DNA of 64,000 nt from Mobula hypostoma (lineage: Eukaryota). The stretch is from contig NC_086108.1 of NCBI RefSeq assembly GCF_963921235.1, positions 39,682,001 to 39,746,000 of the forward strand, written 5' to 3'. A program made the translations under genes and the position numbers. Shown in pieces: positions 50,716 through 61,282 of the stretch (positions are counted from its first letter, which is position 1; each line of letters begins with the position of its first letter). The notes under the pieces were generated by a model. It saw nothing but the letters and a program-made list of their open reading frames with translations. It was not told the origin of the DNA and searched no databases.

Positions 50716-53700
50716 TGGTAGCTATGTACGCATGTGCGCATGTGCCGGTCGTGCATGCAGCCTGTTACAGTTGCTCCGTAATTTCTTACTTTTAAACTTT
50801 TTAACTTAGTTATTTGTTTTTTTTTCACACGGTAACACGTTGAAGCTGCCTCCTCTCTAACATGCTGGTGGAGAGAGTTTTACTTGTTTTTTTAGCGCTG
50901 GAATTAGTTACATTTGGATGTGTCTCGTTAGTGTGGCAGCAGGATGGCCGCATTGTTTATTCCAGGGAACAATTGATGGCGCTCATGCCCGCTGGTTTAG
51001 CGAACAGAGCAGCAGACATCCCAGCTGAAATCTGGAGGAAAACACACAGAGGATGCAGAGGGGGATCAAAAAGGTGAGGGAAGAGGACCGGGTTGAGACA
51101 ACAGAGGCTTATGGAGAAGGGAAGTTATAAGCCGTGTCTCCCCTCTCTCATCATGGGAAATGTGAGATCGCTGGGGAATAGAATCGACGAACTGACGGCG
51201 CTTGTCAGGAGTCAGAGAACATTTCGGGAGAGCAGTGTCATGTGCTTTACTGCGACGTGGCTGCATGAGGACATACCTGATCAAAGCGTTTTCATAGATG
51301 GCTTCCAGACCGTTCGAGCTGACCGGAATTGCACTGAGAGCGGTAAGCGTAAAGGAGGGGGGCTGGCGGTTCTGGTAAATAACAGATGGTGCAATCCTGG
51401 GCATATTACGATCAAGGAACGGGTCTGTAGCCCGGATATTGAACTTTTTGCTGTTGGACTCCGGCCATAGTCTCGGCCTGAAACGTCGACTGCGCCTCTT
51501 CCTATAGATGCTGCTTGGCCTGCTGCGTTCACCAGCAACTTTGATGTGTGTTGCTTGAATTTCCAGCATCTGCAGAATTCCTGTTGTTTGCGGCCATATT
51601 ATTTGGCAGGGGAAATCTCGCATGCAATTGTGGTTGTTGTGTACATCCCTCCCTCTGCCAACCCGACGTCGGCGTGTAACATCATTTACACCGTCATAGC
51701 CAGATTACAAACCCAGCACCTGACTGCCCTCATTACCATCTCGGGTGACTTCAACCAGGTTACCATGGCTAGAACACTGCCCAACTTCACGCAGTATGTG
51801 AGCTGTACAACCAGAGGGGAGAGGACTCTGGATTTGATGTACGCTAACGTTAAGGATGCATACAGCTCCTCCCCCCTCCCCTCACTGGGACAGTTAGATC
51901 ACAACCTGGTGCATCTAAAACCCTGCTACGTGCCTCTGGTGAAGAGTAAACCTGCAACCTTGAGGACAGTGAGGAAATAGTCGGAGGAGGCTTATGAGGT
52001 GCTCCAGGGTTGTTTTGAGGTGACAGACTGGCAGGCACTCTGTAAGCCACATGGAGAGGATATTGATGGGCTCACAGAGGGCATCACTGATTACATCAAC
52101 TTCTGTGTGGACTGCAATGTTCCGACAAGAACTGTCCTTTGTTATTCAAATAACAAGCCATGGGTGACAAAGGACATTAAGGACATCCTGAACGCTAAAA
52201 AGAGGGCGTTTAGAGATGGAAACAGGGAGGAGCTGAGGGCAATACAGAGGGACCTGAAAGCCAGGATCAGGGAGGCTAAAGACAGGTATAGGAGGAAGCT
52301 TGAGTGGAAACTCCAGCAGAACAACATGAGAGAGGTCTGGAGGGGGATGAGGACCATCACTGGGTTCCAGCAAACTAGCAACAGAGGAGCTGAGGGCAGT
52401 GTGGCAGGGCCAACGAACTTAACCTGTTCTTTAACAGATTTGACATTGTGACCTCTGCCCATCCCCCATATGAGCCATCTGTTGTCGGCCCCCAATCAAC
52501 ACATGTTCCACTCTCCCCTCCTACCCCTCCTCACGGTGGGCTTCATGGCTGAACAGGTGAGAAGACAGCTGAAACGTCTCAACCCAAGGAAGGCTGCAGG
52601 ACCGGATGGTGTCAGTACCAGGGTGCTCAAAGCCTGTGACCCTCAGCTATGTGGAGTACTTCGCCATGTATTCAGCTTGAGCCTGAGGCTCCGGAGGGTT
52701 CCTGTACTGTGGAAAATGTCCTGTCTTGTCCCTGTGCCGAAGACGCCGTGCCCCAGTGGCCTCAATGACTACAGACCGGTGGCATTGACCTCCCATATCA
52801 TGAAGACCGTGGAGAGACTTGTTCTGGAGCTGCTCTGGCCTATGGTCAGGCCACACTTAGATCCCCTCCAGTTCGCCTACCAGCCCCGACTAGGAGTTGA
52901 GGATGCCATCATCTACCTGCTGAACCGTGTCTGCGCCCACCTGGACAAGCCAGCTAGCACTGTGAGGGTCATGTTTTTTGACTTCTCCAGTGCGTTCAAC
53001 ACCATCCGCCCTGCTCTGCTGGGGGAGAAGCTGACAGCGATGCAGGTGGATGCTCCCCTGGTGTCATGGATTCTTGATTACCTGACTGGCAGACCACAGT
53101 GTGTGTGCTTGCAACACTGTGTGTCAGACAGAGTGATCAGCAACACTGGGGCTCCACAGGGGACTGTCTTGTCTCCCTTTCTCTTCACCATTTACACCTC
53201 GGACTTCAACTACTGCACAGAGTCTTGTCATCTTCAGAAGTTTTCGGATGACTCTGCCATAGTTGGATGCATCAGCAAGGGAGATGAGGTTGAGTATAGG
53301 GCTACTGTAGGAAACTTTGTCACATGGTGTGAGCAGAATTATCTGCAGCTTAATGTGAAAAAGACTAAGGAGCTGGTGGTAGACCTGAGGAGAGCTAAGG
53401 TACTGGTGACCCCTATTTCCATCCAGGGGGTCAGTGTGGACATGGTGGAGGATTACAAATACCTGGGATACGAATTGACAACAAACTGGACTGGTCAAAG
53501 AGCACTGAGGCTGTCTACAGGAAGGGTCAGAGCCGTCTCTACTTCCTGAGGAGACTGAGGTCCTTTAACATCTGCCGATGATGCTGAGGATGTTCTACGT
53601 GTCTGTGGTGGCCAGTGCTATCATGTTTGCTGTTGTGTGCTGGGGCAGCAGGCTGAGGGTAGCAGACACCAACAGAATCAACAAACTTATTCGTAAGGCC

Positions 53701-54100
53701 AGTGATGTTGTGGGGATGGAACTGAACTATCTCATGGTGGTGTCTGAAAAGAGGATGCTGTCTAAGTTGCATGCCATCTTGGTCAATGTCTCCCATCCAC
53801 TACATAATGTACTGGGTGGGCACAGGAGTACGTTCAGCCAGAGACTCTTTCCTCCAAGATGCAACACAGAGCGTCATAGGATGTCATTCCTGCCTGTGGC
53901 CATCAAACTTTACAACTCCTCCCTTGGAGGGTTAGACACCCTGTGCCGATAGGCTGGTCCTGGACTTATTTCATAATTTACTGGCATAATTTACATTTTA
54001 CTATTTAACTATTTATGGTTCTATTATTATTTATGGTGCAACTGTAATGAAAACCAATTTCCCCCTAGGATCAATAAAGTATGACTATGACTGTGACTAA
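50716..54100 (+). mobile_element. Near-full-length Rex1/Babar LINE, disrupted single ORF (APE plus RT)
   Basis: GNVRSL, CFTATWL, VYIPP, SGDFN, TLDL, DHNLV, DYRPVALTS, DFSSAFNT, GAPQGTVLSP, KFSDD; AATAAA plus (ACTATG)n tail; 5' boundary approximate. Confidence 0.92.
51470..51590 (+). mobile_element. Young PLE pLTR 3' end inserted in Rex1 with 8-bp TSD
   Basis: cggccata at 51462-51469 and 51591-51598; identical to the reverse complement of 16179-16299. Confidence 0.92.
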
Positions 54101-55388
54101 ACGTCCAATTACATTCAGTTATTCTCCTGTGAAGTGTACACTGATGTGTTGAATCCTTAAGTCCTTTGGTAAAGGAATTGCAAATTTTTTGCTTCATGCT
54201 GTTGGGCTTCAGATGGCTGGTTTCTCTCACTTTGACAACTGCAGCTCATACTTTTATCAAGTTGCCAAGAGAGGGAAAAAAAACAAAAACAAACCTTGAG
54301 TGTGTAAAGGCAAGCACCATTACATACTCTGTCATAGCAAATTATTACTCAATGGTTCTGGTGGTATGAAATTGTTTAGTTAATTCTGATTGTAATGTGG
54401 TGATGCTTTTTGATTTTTTTGAAAGAAGGAATTAGGTAAGCTTTTTAAAAATATGCTTGAAATTTAAGGTAAAAGTTTAAACAATCATGCATGTATTCTT
54501 CCAATCAAACAAGATTTATGTGGTTCTAGTAGCACATATAGCAGCAATAAGCTGATGTCTTAATATGGACTTGCAGTAAAATGGCACCTTCAGTCACACC
54601 TATAATTTCCCTAAATTTACCTTTACTTTGCCTTTATAAAGAATCATATACTCTTGCACTAATTCAAAGTTGTATTTACTCAAACCTATGAATTCTATTT
54701 ACTCACATACCTCATTCTTGTGCGAATCAGCATCTATTCATTGCTATTTTGCAGCAGAGACTGCACTTGAGTAATTGATATTATATAGTAAATGAGCTCT
54801 ATAGATAGAAATATTTCCAAAATGAATTACTTCATGTTCATCCATATTGAATTATAGGACTTCTTAATCTGTTTGAACTCCCTCAATAGTGACCTTTGAC
54901 AAAACACCTTTATGCTGTCTGCAAATTCTGAAATTCTGCCATTTCGATCTGAGTACATATTATATTTGTTTCTCATTCGACTGAATTTTAAACCTATGGG
55001 CGCTACTTTGTACCAGTACACATTGAGAAAAATGTTAGGTTTCTCTATGCCAATTTTACTTTTTAGCTTGTTTTTACATTTTTTCCAAAACGTTTGACTT
55101 TTTCTAACAGATTTTAACTGTAACTGCTGAAAAGTACTCATTGGTGTTTAGCAACGTCATGCCATTGGTTTTCACCATGACTGCTTTGGATGAATATTGG
55201 ACATGTACTGCTGATCCTAACCCATTTTCATCCCATTTAAATGCAAGGAAAGACAATTTGGCATTCCATTGACATCTCATCATTGGCAAACCTTACTGCT
55301 TATTTTGTAAGCAGGTTGGGATCTTCATTTCCTGGCCCAAGTCCTGTTTGCATGCATTGACATAGTTTTGCCCTCTTTTGTTTTGCAG

Positions 55389-55456
55389 CTACCAGTTGCT
55401 ATTCCAATAATTTAGGAGTGAACATAGTAAAAGAAAATATACAGTGCAAGATGAAG
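55389..55456 (+). other. Candidate exon with start codon (ATG AAG, Met-Lys, phase-0 intron)
   Basis: Acceptor ccctcttttgttttgcag|, donor AAG|GTAATT, aagATG at 55451. Confidence 0.55.
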
Positions 55457-56240
55457 GTAATTTCTTTTAACATTGTATGACAAAATGCTTACTAGCCAGC
55501 CCATTGAGCCCGTGGAAAGTACTTATAATACCACACTAACCCCTCAGTAACTTGAAATTAAAATGAACTTCTAGCAATATTTGACTTTTATTGGGTTTTA
55601 GAAATGTTGCTGAAATCAACGTCACATTTTTCCCTTTATAACGTCTTTTTGTTGCATTTGTCAATTAAATAAGAAAATTGAATGTGAAAAGCCCGTTAAA
55701 TTTTTAGTTAGCGATCATGCTGTGCCCTTTTTCAAAAGAGAATGCAATTTGTATTCTGGAAGCCCAAATAATGAAAACTGAATACATGAGGAGAAAAGCA
55801 CAAAGGAATAAAGGAATTTGGAAGTAGCGTTTATCTTAGTTTGAATGTACTTTTAAAGCATTGGTGCTACAGTTTGAGCTGTTTTATTAGTTTTAGATAG
55901 TGGATATTGATGTAATGTAAACTTTATGATATTTTGATGGATAGCCATGAGGTTTGTTGCAGTAGGAAGGACTTTACTAAGCAGTTTAAAATAGTTCAAA
56001 CTGTGCAATTCTCTGTGTACCTTGTGCTCCAAAAGTAATGGAATTGTTTGAGTGTTACATGTTTCAATTAAATATTAACAGAAAGCTCCAGCAAATAAAG
56101 CTTAAGCTTTATTCAGTGATTTGCATATTTTTTGCAGGTTTATCTTAAATGAAAACAGAGTTAACATTCAATGTGCTAGTTTCTGTAGAAGCCCAAATAT
56201 ATGAAGCCTTGTTGATTTGTGAAAGCTTGTAACTGAGGTA

Positions 56241-56392
56241 CAGTCGACCTTCACTAATCCGACTACTGTAATCCGGTTCTTTTGGAAATCCGGCACTGAT
56301 TATGCTTAATGTGATCCTTCTGTAATTCGGCATTTCCACTAATCCAGCGCTTTTTAGGTCCCAACGGTGCCGGATTCGTGAAGGTCAACCTG
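56241..56392. mobile_element. Tc1/mariner-pogo (Tigger-like) MITE
   Basis: TA TSD; imperfect TIRs cagtcgaccttcactaatccg / cggattcgtgaaggtcaacctg. Confidence 0.85.
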
Positions 56393-56679
56393 TATTACTC
56401 CTTAGTTGAAAGAATTTCATATAGTATCTGATAACTCAAAAGGCAGCAGATCCTGTTGAGGCAATGTATACGTATTTTAATCCATTCCCTCGTATAGCAT
56501 GGATTTGCTGTATTCCTACATTTTCACACCTTTGCAATTTCTGTTTCATTTGAATGCAGTTCATGTCAAAATATGGGTGGCAAAAAAAGCTGCAGATATT
56601 TGTGACTTTTGAACCATCTTAAAGAGCATCAAGAAGTGGATAGAAAATTAATTTTCAAGCTGGCTGGTATTTTTGCTGA

Positions 56680-58232
56680 TGGTCATAGAGTACAACAGCG
56701 TAGAAACAGACCCTTCATCCATCTAGTTAATGCTGCAACATAATTCTGGGGAGTCCCATCAATCTGCACCTGGACTACAGCTTTCCACACCCTTCCCATC
56801 CATGTACTCATCCAAACTTCTCTTGAGTCTTGAAATTGAACCTACATCTAGCACTTGCGCTGGCAGCTCATTCCACACTCACACCATCCTTTGAGTGAGG
56901 AAGATCCCCCTTGGGTTCCTGTTAAACATTTCACCTTTCACTCTTAACTTATGACCTCTAGTTCTAGTCTCAACTGACCTCATTGGAAAAAGCCTGCTTT
57001 ACCCTATCCATAGCCTTCATAATTTTGTACACTTCCATCAAATCTCCCCTCAGTGTCAAGCTCCAAGGAATAAAAGTCTAACCTAGTCAACCTTTCCCTA
57101 TAACTCAGGTTCTCATTTCCCAGCAATATTGGTGTAAATTTTCGCTCTGCACTCTTTCAATCTTATTTGCATCTTTCCTGTAGGTAGGTGACCAAAATTG
57201 CTCAGAATACTCCAAATAAGGCTTCACTAACATCTTATACAATTTCAACAAAACATCCTAACTCCTGTATTCAATACTTTGAATTATGAAGGTCAATGCG
57301 CCCGTTGCGGTTACTTTATAAAATACCACAAAAGGGCTGAGAGGCTACACTAAAGGTAATCAACACTGTATGATGCAATTCCAAATAATGAATTTCCAAA
57401 TTGACAAAGGTGCGTTTGATCCTTTGTTAGGCAACTAGCAAAGATGAACGATCTTGTATCGATAATAAAACTAATGAAGCTAAATTAGCGATATAGTGAT
57501 CTTGGCGTTCAAATCAGTGTAATAAGTGTTCTGATTAGCATTATCAAAATTAGAATTCTATACGTATTTAAGAGATCAACAAAAAAAAATCACTCAGTGG
57601 CTTACACCCTCACAACAAGACTAAACTAAACAACCAACTAAAACAAAGTTAGATTTCATAACTATACTCATTTGCTTCTACCATGCTGCAACCTACGTGA
57701 CAGGTTACCATAATAATCACGCCACAAAATACAATATTTACAGAAAATAGATGCATGACTCCTTCAGTGCCAAAGGCTTTCTTTATGCCCCTATCTACCT
57801 GTGATGCCACTTTCAAGGAATGATGGATTGGTATTCCCAGATTCCTCTGTTCTACTGCACTCCTCAGTGCCCTAACTTTTTCTGTGCAAGTCCTGCCCAG
57901 GTTTGTCTTCTCAAAATGCAACACTCTTACACTTGTCTGCATAAATTTCTGTTTTTGCTATTTTTCAGTCCATTTTTCCAGCTGGTCCAGATCCTGCTGC
58001 AAGCTATGAGTAATCTTCCTCACAGTCCAATACACCCCCAATCTTGGTGTCATCCGCACATTTGTTGATCCACTTAACCACTTTATCATCCAAAAAGTTG
58101 ATACAGATTGCAAATGCAATGGACCCAGCACCGATCCCTGTGGCACACCACTAGTCACAGATCTCTAGTCAGAGAGGCAACTACCTACTAGTGCTCTCTG
58201 GCTTCTCCTGTGAAAGCAATGTTGAATCCAGT
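56680..58232 (-). mobile_element. CR1 3' part interrupted at 57303-57766
   Basis: [35 protein letters not shown]. Confidence 0.85.
57303..57766. mobile_element. Probable solo LTR (464 bp)
   Basis: Ends (c)gttgcgg...ccttca (TG...CA with one change), 5-bp TSD gcgcc/gtgcc, cleanly interrupts CR1. Confidence 0.55.
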
Positions 58233-58409
58233 GATGAGCAGTTAAAGATTATATCCAAAATACTAAAATTTCACAAATGTAGGGTTTTAGTTCTGACTTT
58301 TGAAGATATTCAAGTTTTATGTTAATACCCTCTTAGTTAATATGGAACATGTATTTATTTTATGATATATGGCTCATCCTTTTGCTAAGTTGAATGATAT
58401 GTTATGGAT

Positions 58410-59497
58410 TACGGATTCCACAACCCTCCTGGGTCGTAAGGGCGCTGTACAGATGAGCATTGCACCAATTTCTCCATTTCTCATGGTTGTAAGCCTGTGT
58501 TGTGGCAAAGTTCTCTCCAGTCCACTCTGCAATATTGCCTGCCCATTTCTTCCTCTGTCTGCCCCTTTTTCTTTTCCCCTGCACTGAAGAATGGTCTTTG
58601 CAAGTCCACTTGATCTTGTTATGTGGCTATACCAGCTCAGTTTCCTCTTCTTTACTGTGGACAGTAGATCTTCGTAGTGTCTCATGTGATGGGTGATGAT
58701 TTTTCATACTTCATCGTTTGAGACAATGTCTGTTTGGGAGATGTCAAGGAGACTTTTGAAGCATCTCACTTCTACCGCCTGGATAATCTTTTGCAGTTCT
58801 GCTGTCAAAGTTCATGATTCGCATGCATACAAGAAGATGGCACAAGTGCATGCAGGAGTTACAACTTGGATATGAGAGTGATGTCATCGGCTCTCTAGAT
58901 TGATTTTACTTTAGCCAGCATTGCTGTTGTTTGGGCTGTCCTTGCAAGAACTTCAGGCTTTGATCCATTTTGGTTGATGATGGTGCCAAGGTACTTGAAT
59001 CGTTTGACAGTCTCTTGTTCTTGTCCACTGACTGTGATTTTTGTTGTGATTGGCTCCTCACTGTTTCTCATCAGCTTGGTTTTCTCTGCGCTGATCTCCA
59101 TGCCATATCTGGTAAATGTATTGTCCAGACGGTTCACAAGGCAGGCCAATTCATCCTCACATCCTGCCAGCCCATCAATGTCATCTGTGAAACTGAGGTT
59201 AATTATGATATGTCCTCTGATGCTGACTGTGCCAATATGGTCTTCCAGGTATCTGTCATTATTTGCTCCAGGAAAATAGCGAATAGCGTGGGTGAAAGGA
59301 AGCAGCCTTGTTGGACTCCAGCTGATGTGTGGAACAACTCTTCAACTGTGCCTTGAGCAAGTACCGCAATGCTAGCTTTGGTGTAGAGCTGCTTGATGGT
59401 TTGGATCAGCTTCTAGCCCAGGTTATAGCTCTTCATTGTGGCCAGAGTGCATCATGCCGCCACCCTCTCGAATGCCTTCTTGAAGTCAATGAACATG
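58410..59497 (-). mobile_element. RTE-clade LINE RT fragment
   Basis: FIDFKKAF, GVQQGCFLSP, LSFTDDIDGLAG, YGMEISAEKTKLM, KRKLSWYSHITR. Confidence 0.85.
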
Positions 59498-60385
59498 TGG
59501 AAGATGTGGAAATTGGTGTGTTACTAATTTAGCTGAGTGGTGTAATAACAACAACCTCTCACTCAATATCAACAACACCAAGGAAGCGATTGTAGGCTTC
59601 AGGAGAAGGAAACCAGAGGTTCATGAGCCAATACTCTTCGGAGGGTCAGAGGTGGAGAGGGCCAGTAACTTTAAATTCCTGAGTGTTGCTATCTCAGAAG
59701 ACTAGTCCTGAACACATCATATAAATATAGTTGCAAAGAAAGCATGGCAGCGCCTCTACTTCCTCAGGAGTGTGCGGAGCTTCGGCATGTCATCAAAAAC
59801 CTTGACAAACTTATATGGATGTGTTGTGGGAAGTGTATAGACAGATGGCATAATGGCCTGATACGGGAACACCAATGCCTTTGGGCGGAAAATCCTACAA
59901 AATATAGTGGATTTAGCCGAGTACATCATATGTAACGCCCTCCTATCCATTAAGCATATTTACATGAAATGTTGCCAAAGAAGAGCAGCATCCATCATCA
60001 AAGGTCCTCACCACCAGGCTACGCTCTTTCCTTGCTGCTGCCATCAGGTGGAAGGGACAAGTGTCTCAGGACTTGCATCGCCAGGTTCAAGAACAGTTAC
60101 TACCCCTCAACCACCAGGCTCTTGAACAAAAGGGAGTTATTACACTCATTCTATTTCTGGTGTTCCCACAACCGCTGGTCTCACTTTAAGGACTCTTTAC
60201 CTTGTTATTTCATGTTCTTGTTATCTATTACTATTTATTTTGTATCTGCATTTACACAGTTAATCATTGATCCTGTTTACAGTTACTGTTCTATAGATTT
60301 GTTAAGTATGCCCGCATGAAAAAGAATCTTGGGGTTGTATGTGGTGACGTGTATGTACTCTGATAATAAATTTTACTTTGAACTT
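59497..60385 (+). mobile_element. Old Rex1/Babar-type 3' part
   Basis: WCNNNNLSLNINNTKE, KAWQRLYFLR, LLPSGGR...RFKNSYYP; tttgaac-type tail. Confidence 0.75.
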
Positions 60386-60799
60386 TGATCTTTTATGTTT
60401 GAGAGAAAACTGTCCGGGGAATCTTCATTGATAACTTTAGCAATTTTTTTTGGAATTTGAAGTGGCTGGTGAGGCCAGTAGAGGAACTGTAGACTTTTCC
60501 ACAGAAAAGGCAGGAGATGCCCAGCAATATGGACAGGTGGATAGTTTGCAAGGTGATGGATAAACAATTTTTATACTTAGTTTAACTATCAATCTGAGTG
60601 CTTTTTCTCCACAAAGTGAAGTCATGGGCCAGAGATTCCTAGGAGTTTGTGGGAATGTTGCATTTGTTTATGGAGTCTTGGAGGACATTTTTGGATGTTT
60701 TCTTTTGCCTAATTGGTATCTTTTCCCATGACAGAACGTGGAATACTGTTTCTACAATTGCAATAGTAAGTTAGGTCGTGTAATTCAAACAGTTTAGCC

Positions 60800-61255
60800 C
60801 AGAACAATGCAAAAAAATGTACTGGCCCTTTGACACATGATAACTGTGTTAAGCATGATACCAAATTAATCCTATCCTGTATGTGATTGATACCCACCCA
60901 TTTTCTGTATGTTGATGTACCTGTCTAAATGTTTCTTAAAAATTGCTATTTTATCTACTTCTACCATCCCTTCTGGCATGCATGCCAGGCACCTACTATT
61001 CTGTATACAAAAAAAAACTTTCCTTACACTTAAACTTTTCTTTTTCAGGTTTAGACTGTTCTGTCTAATATTTAACATTTCCACTTTGGGAGGGGCATGT
61101 GTGGATGGGGAAGACTTGACTATCCACTGAACTAGGCCTACGATTTTTTTATACTTTCAGGTTGTCCCTCAGTCTCTGGCACTCCAGAGAAAGCACTCCT
61201 AGTTTGTTCAACTTCTGTTTGTAGCTAATGTTCCTTAATTTTAGCAACATCCAGT
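60800..61255 (-). mobile_element. Old CR1 3' fragment
   Basis: MPEGMVEVDKIAIFKKHLDRY. Confidence 0.6.
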
Positions 61256-61282
61256 TAAATGTTTTTAATGCCTTTTTTTATA

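Noticed and set aside
52400..52540. 1-bp plus 53-bp deletions that together restore the Rex1 frame
   Set aside because: A stop at 52449-52451 lies between them and other stops exist, so there is no sign of selection
54200..54441. Donor-like TAG|GTAAGC at about 54435
   Set aside because: No clear acceptor or ORF; could be an alternative UTR exon but unsupported
56139..56238. Possible exon after the Met-Lys exon
   Set aside because: In-frame TGA after three more codons; the apparent donor is the MITE boundary
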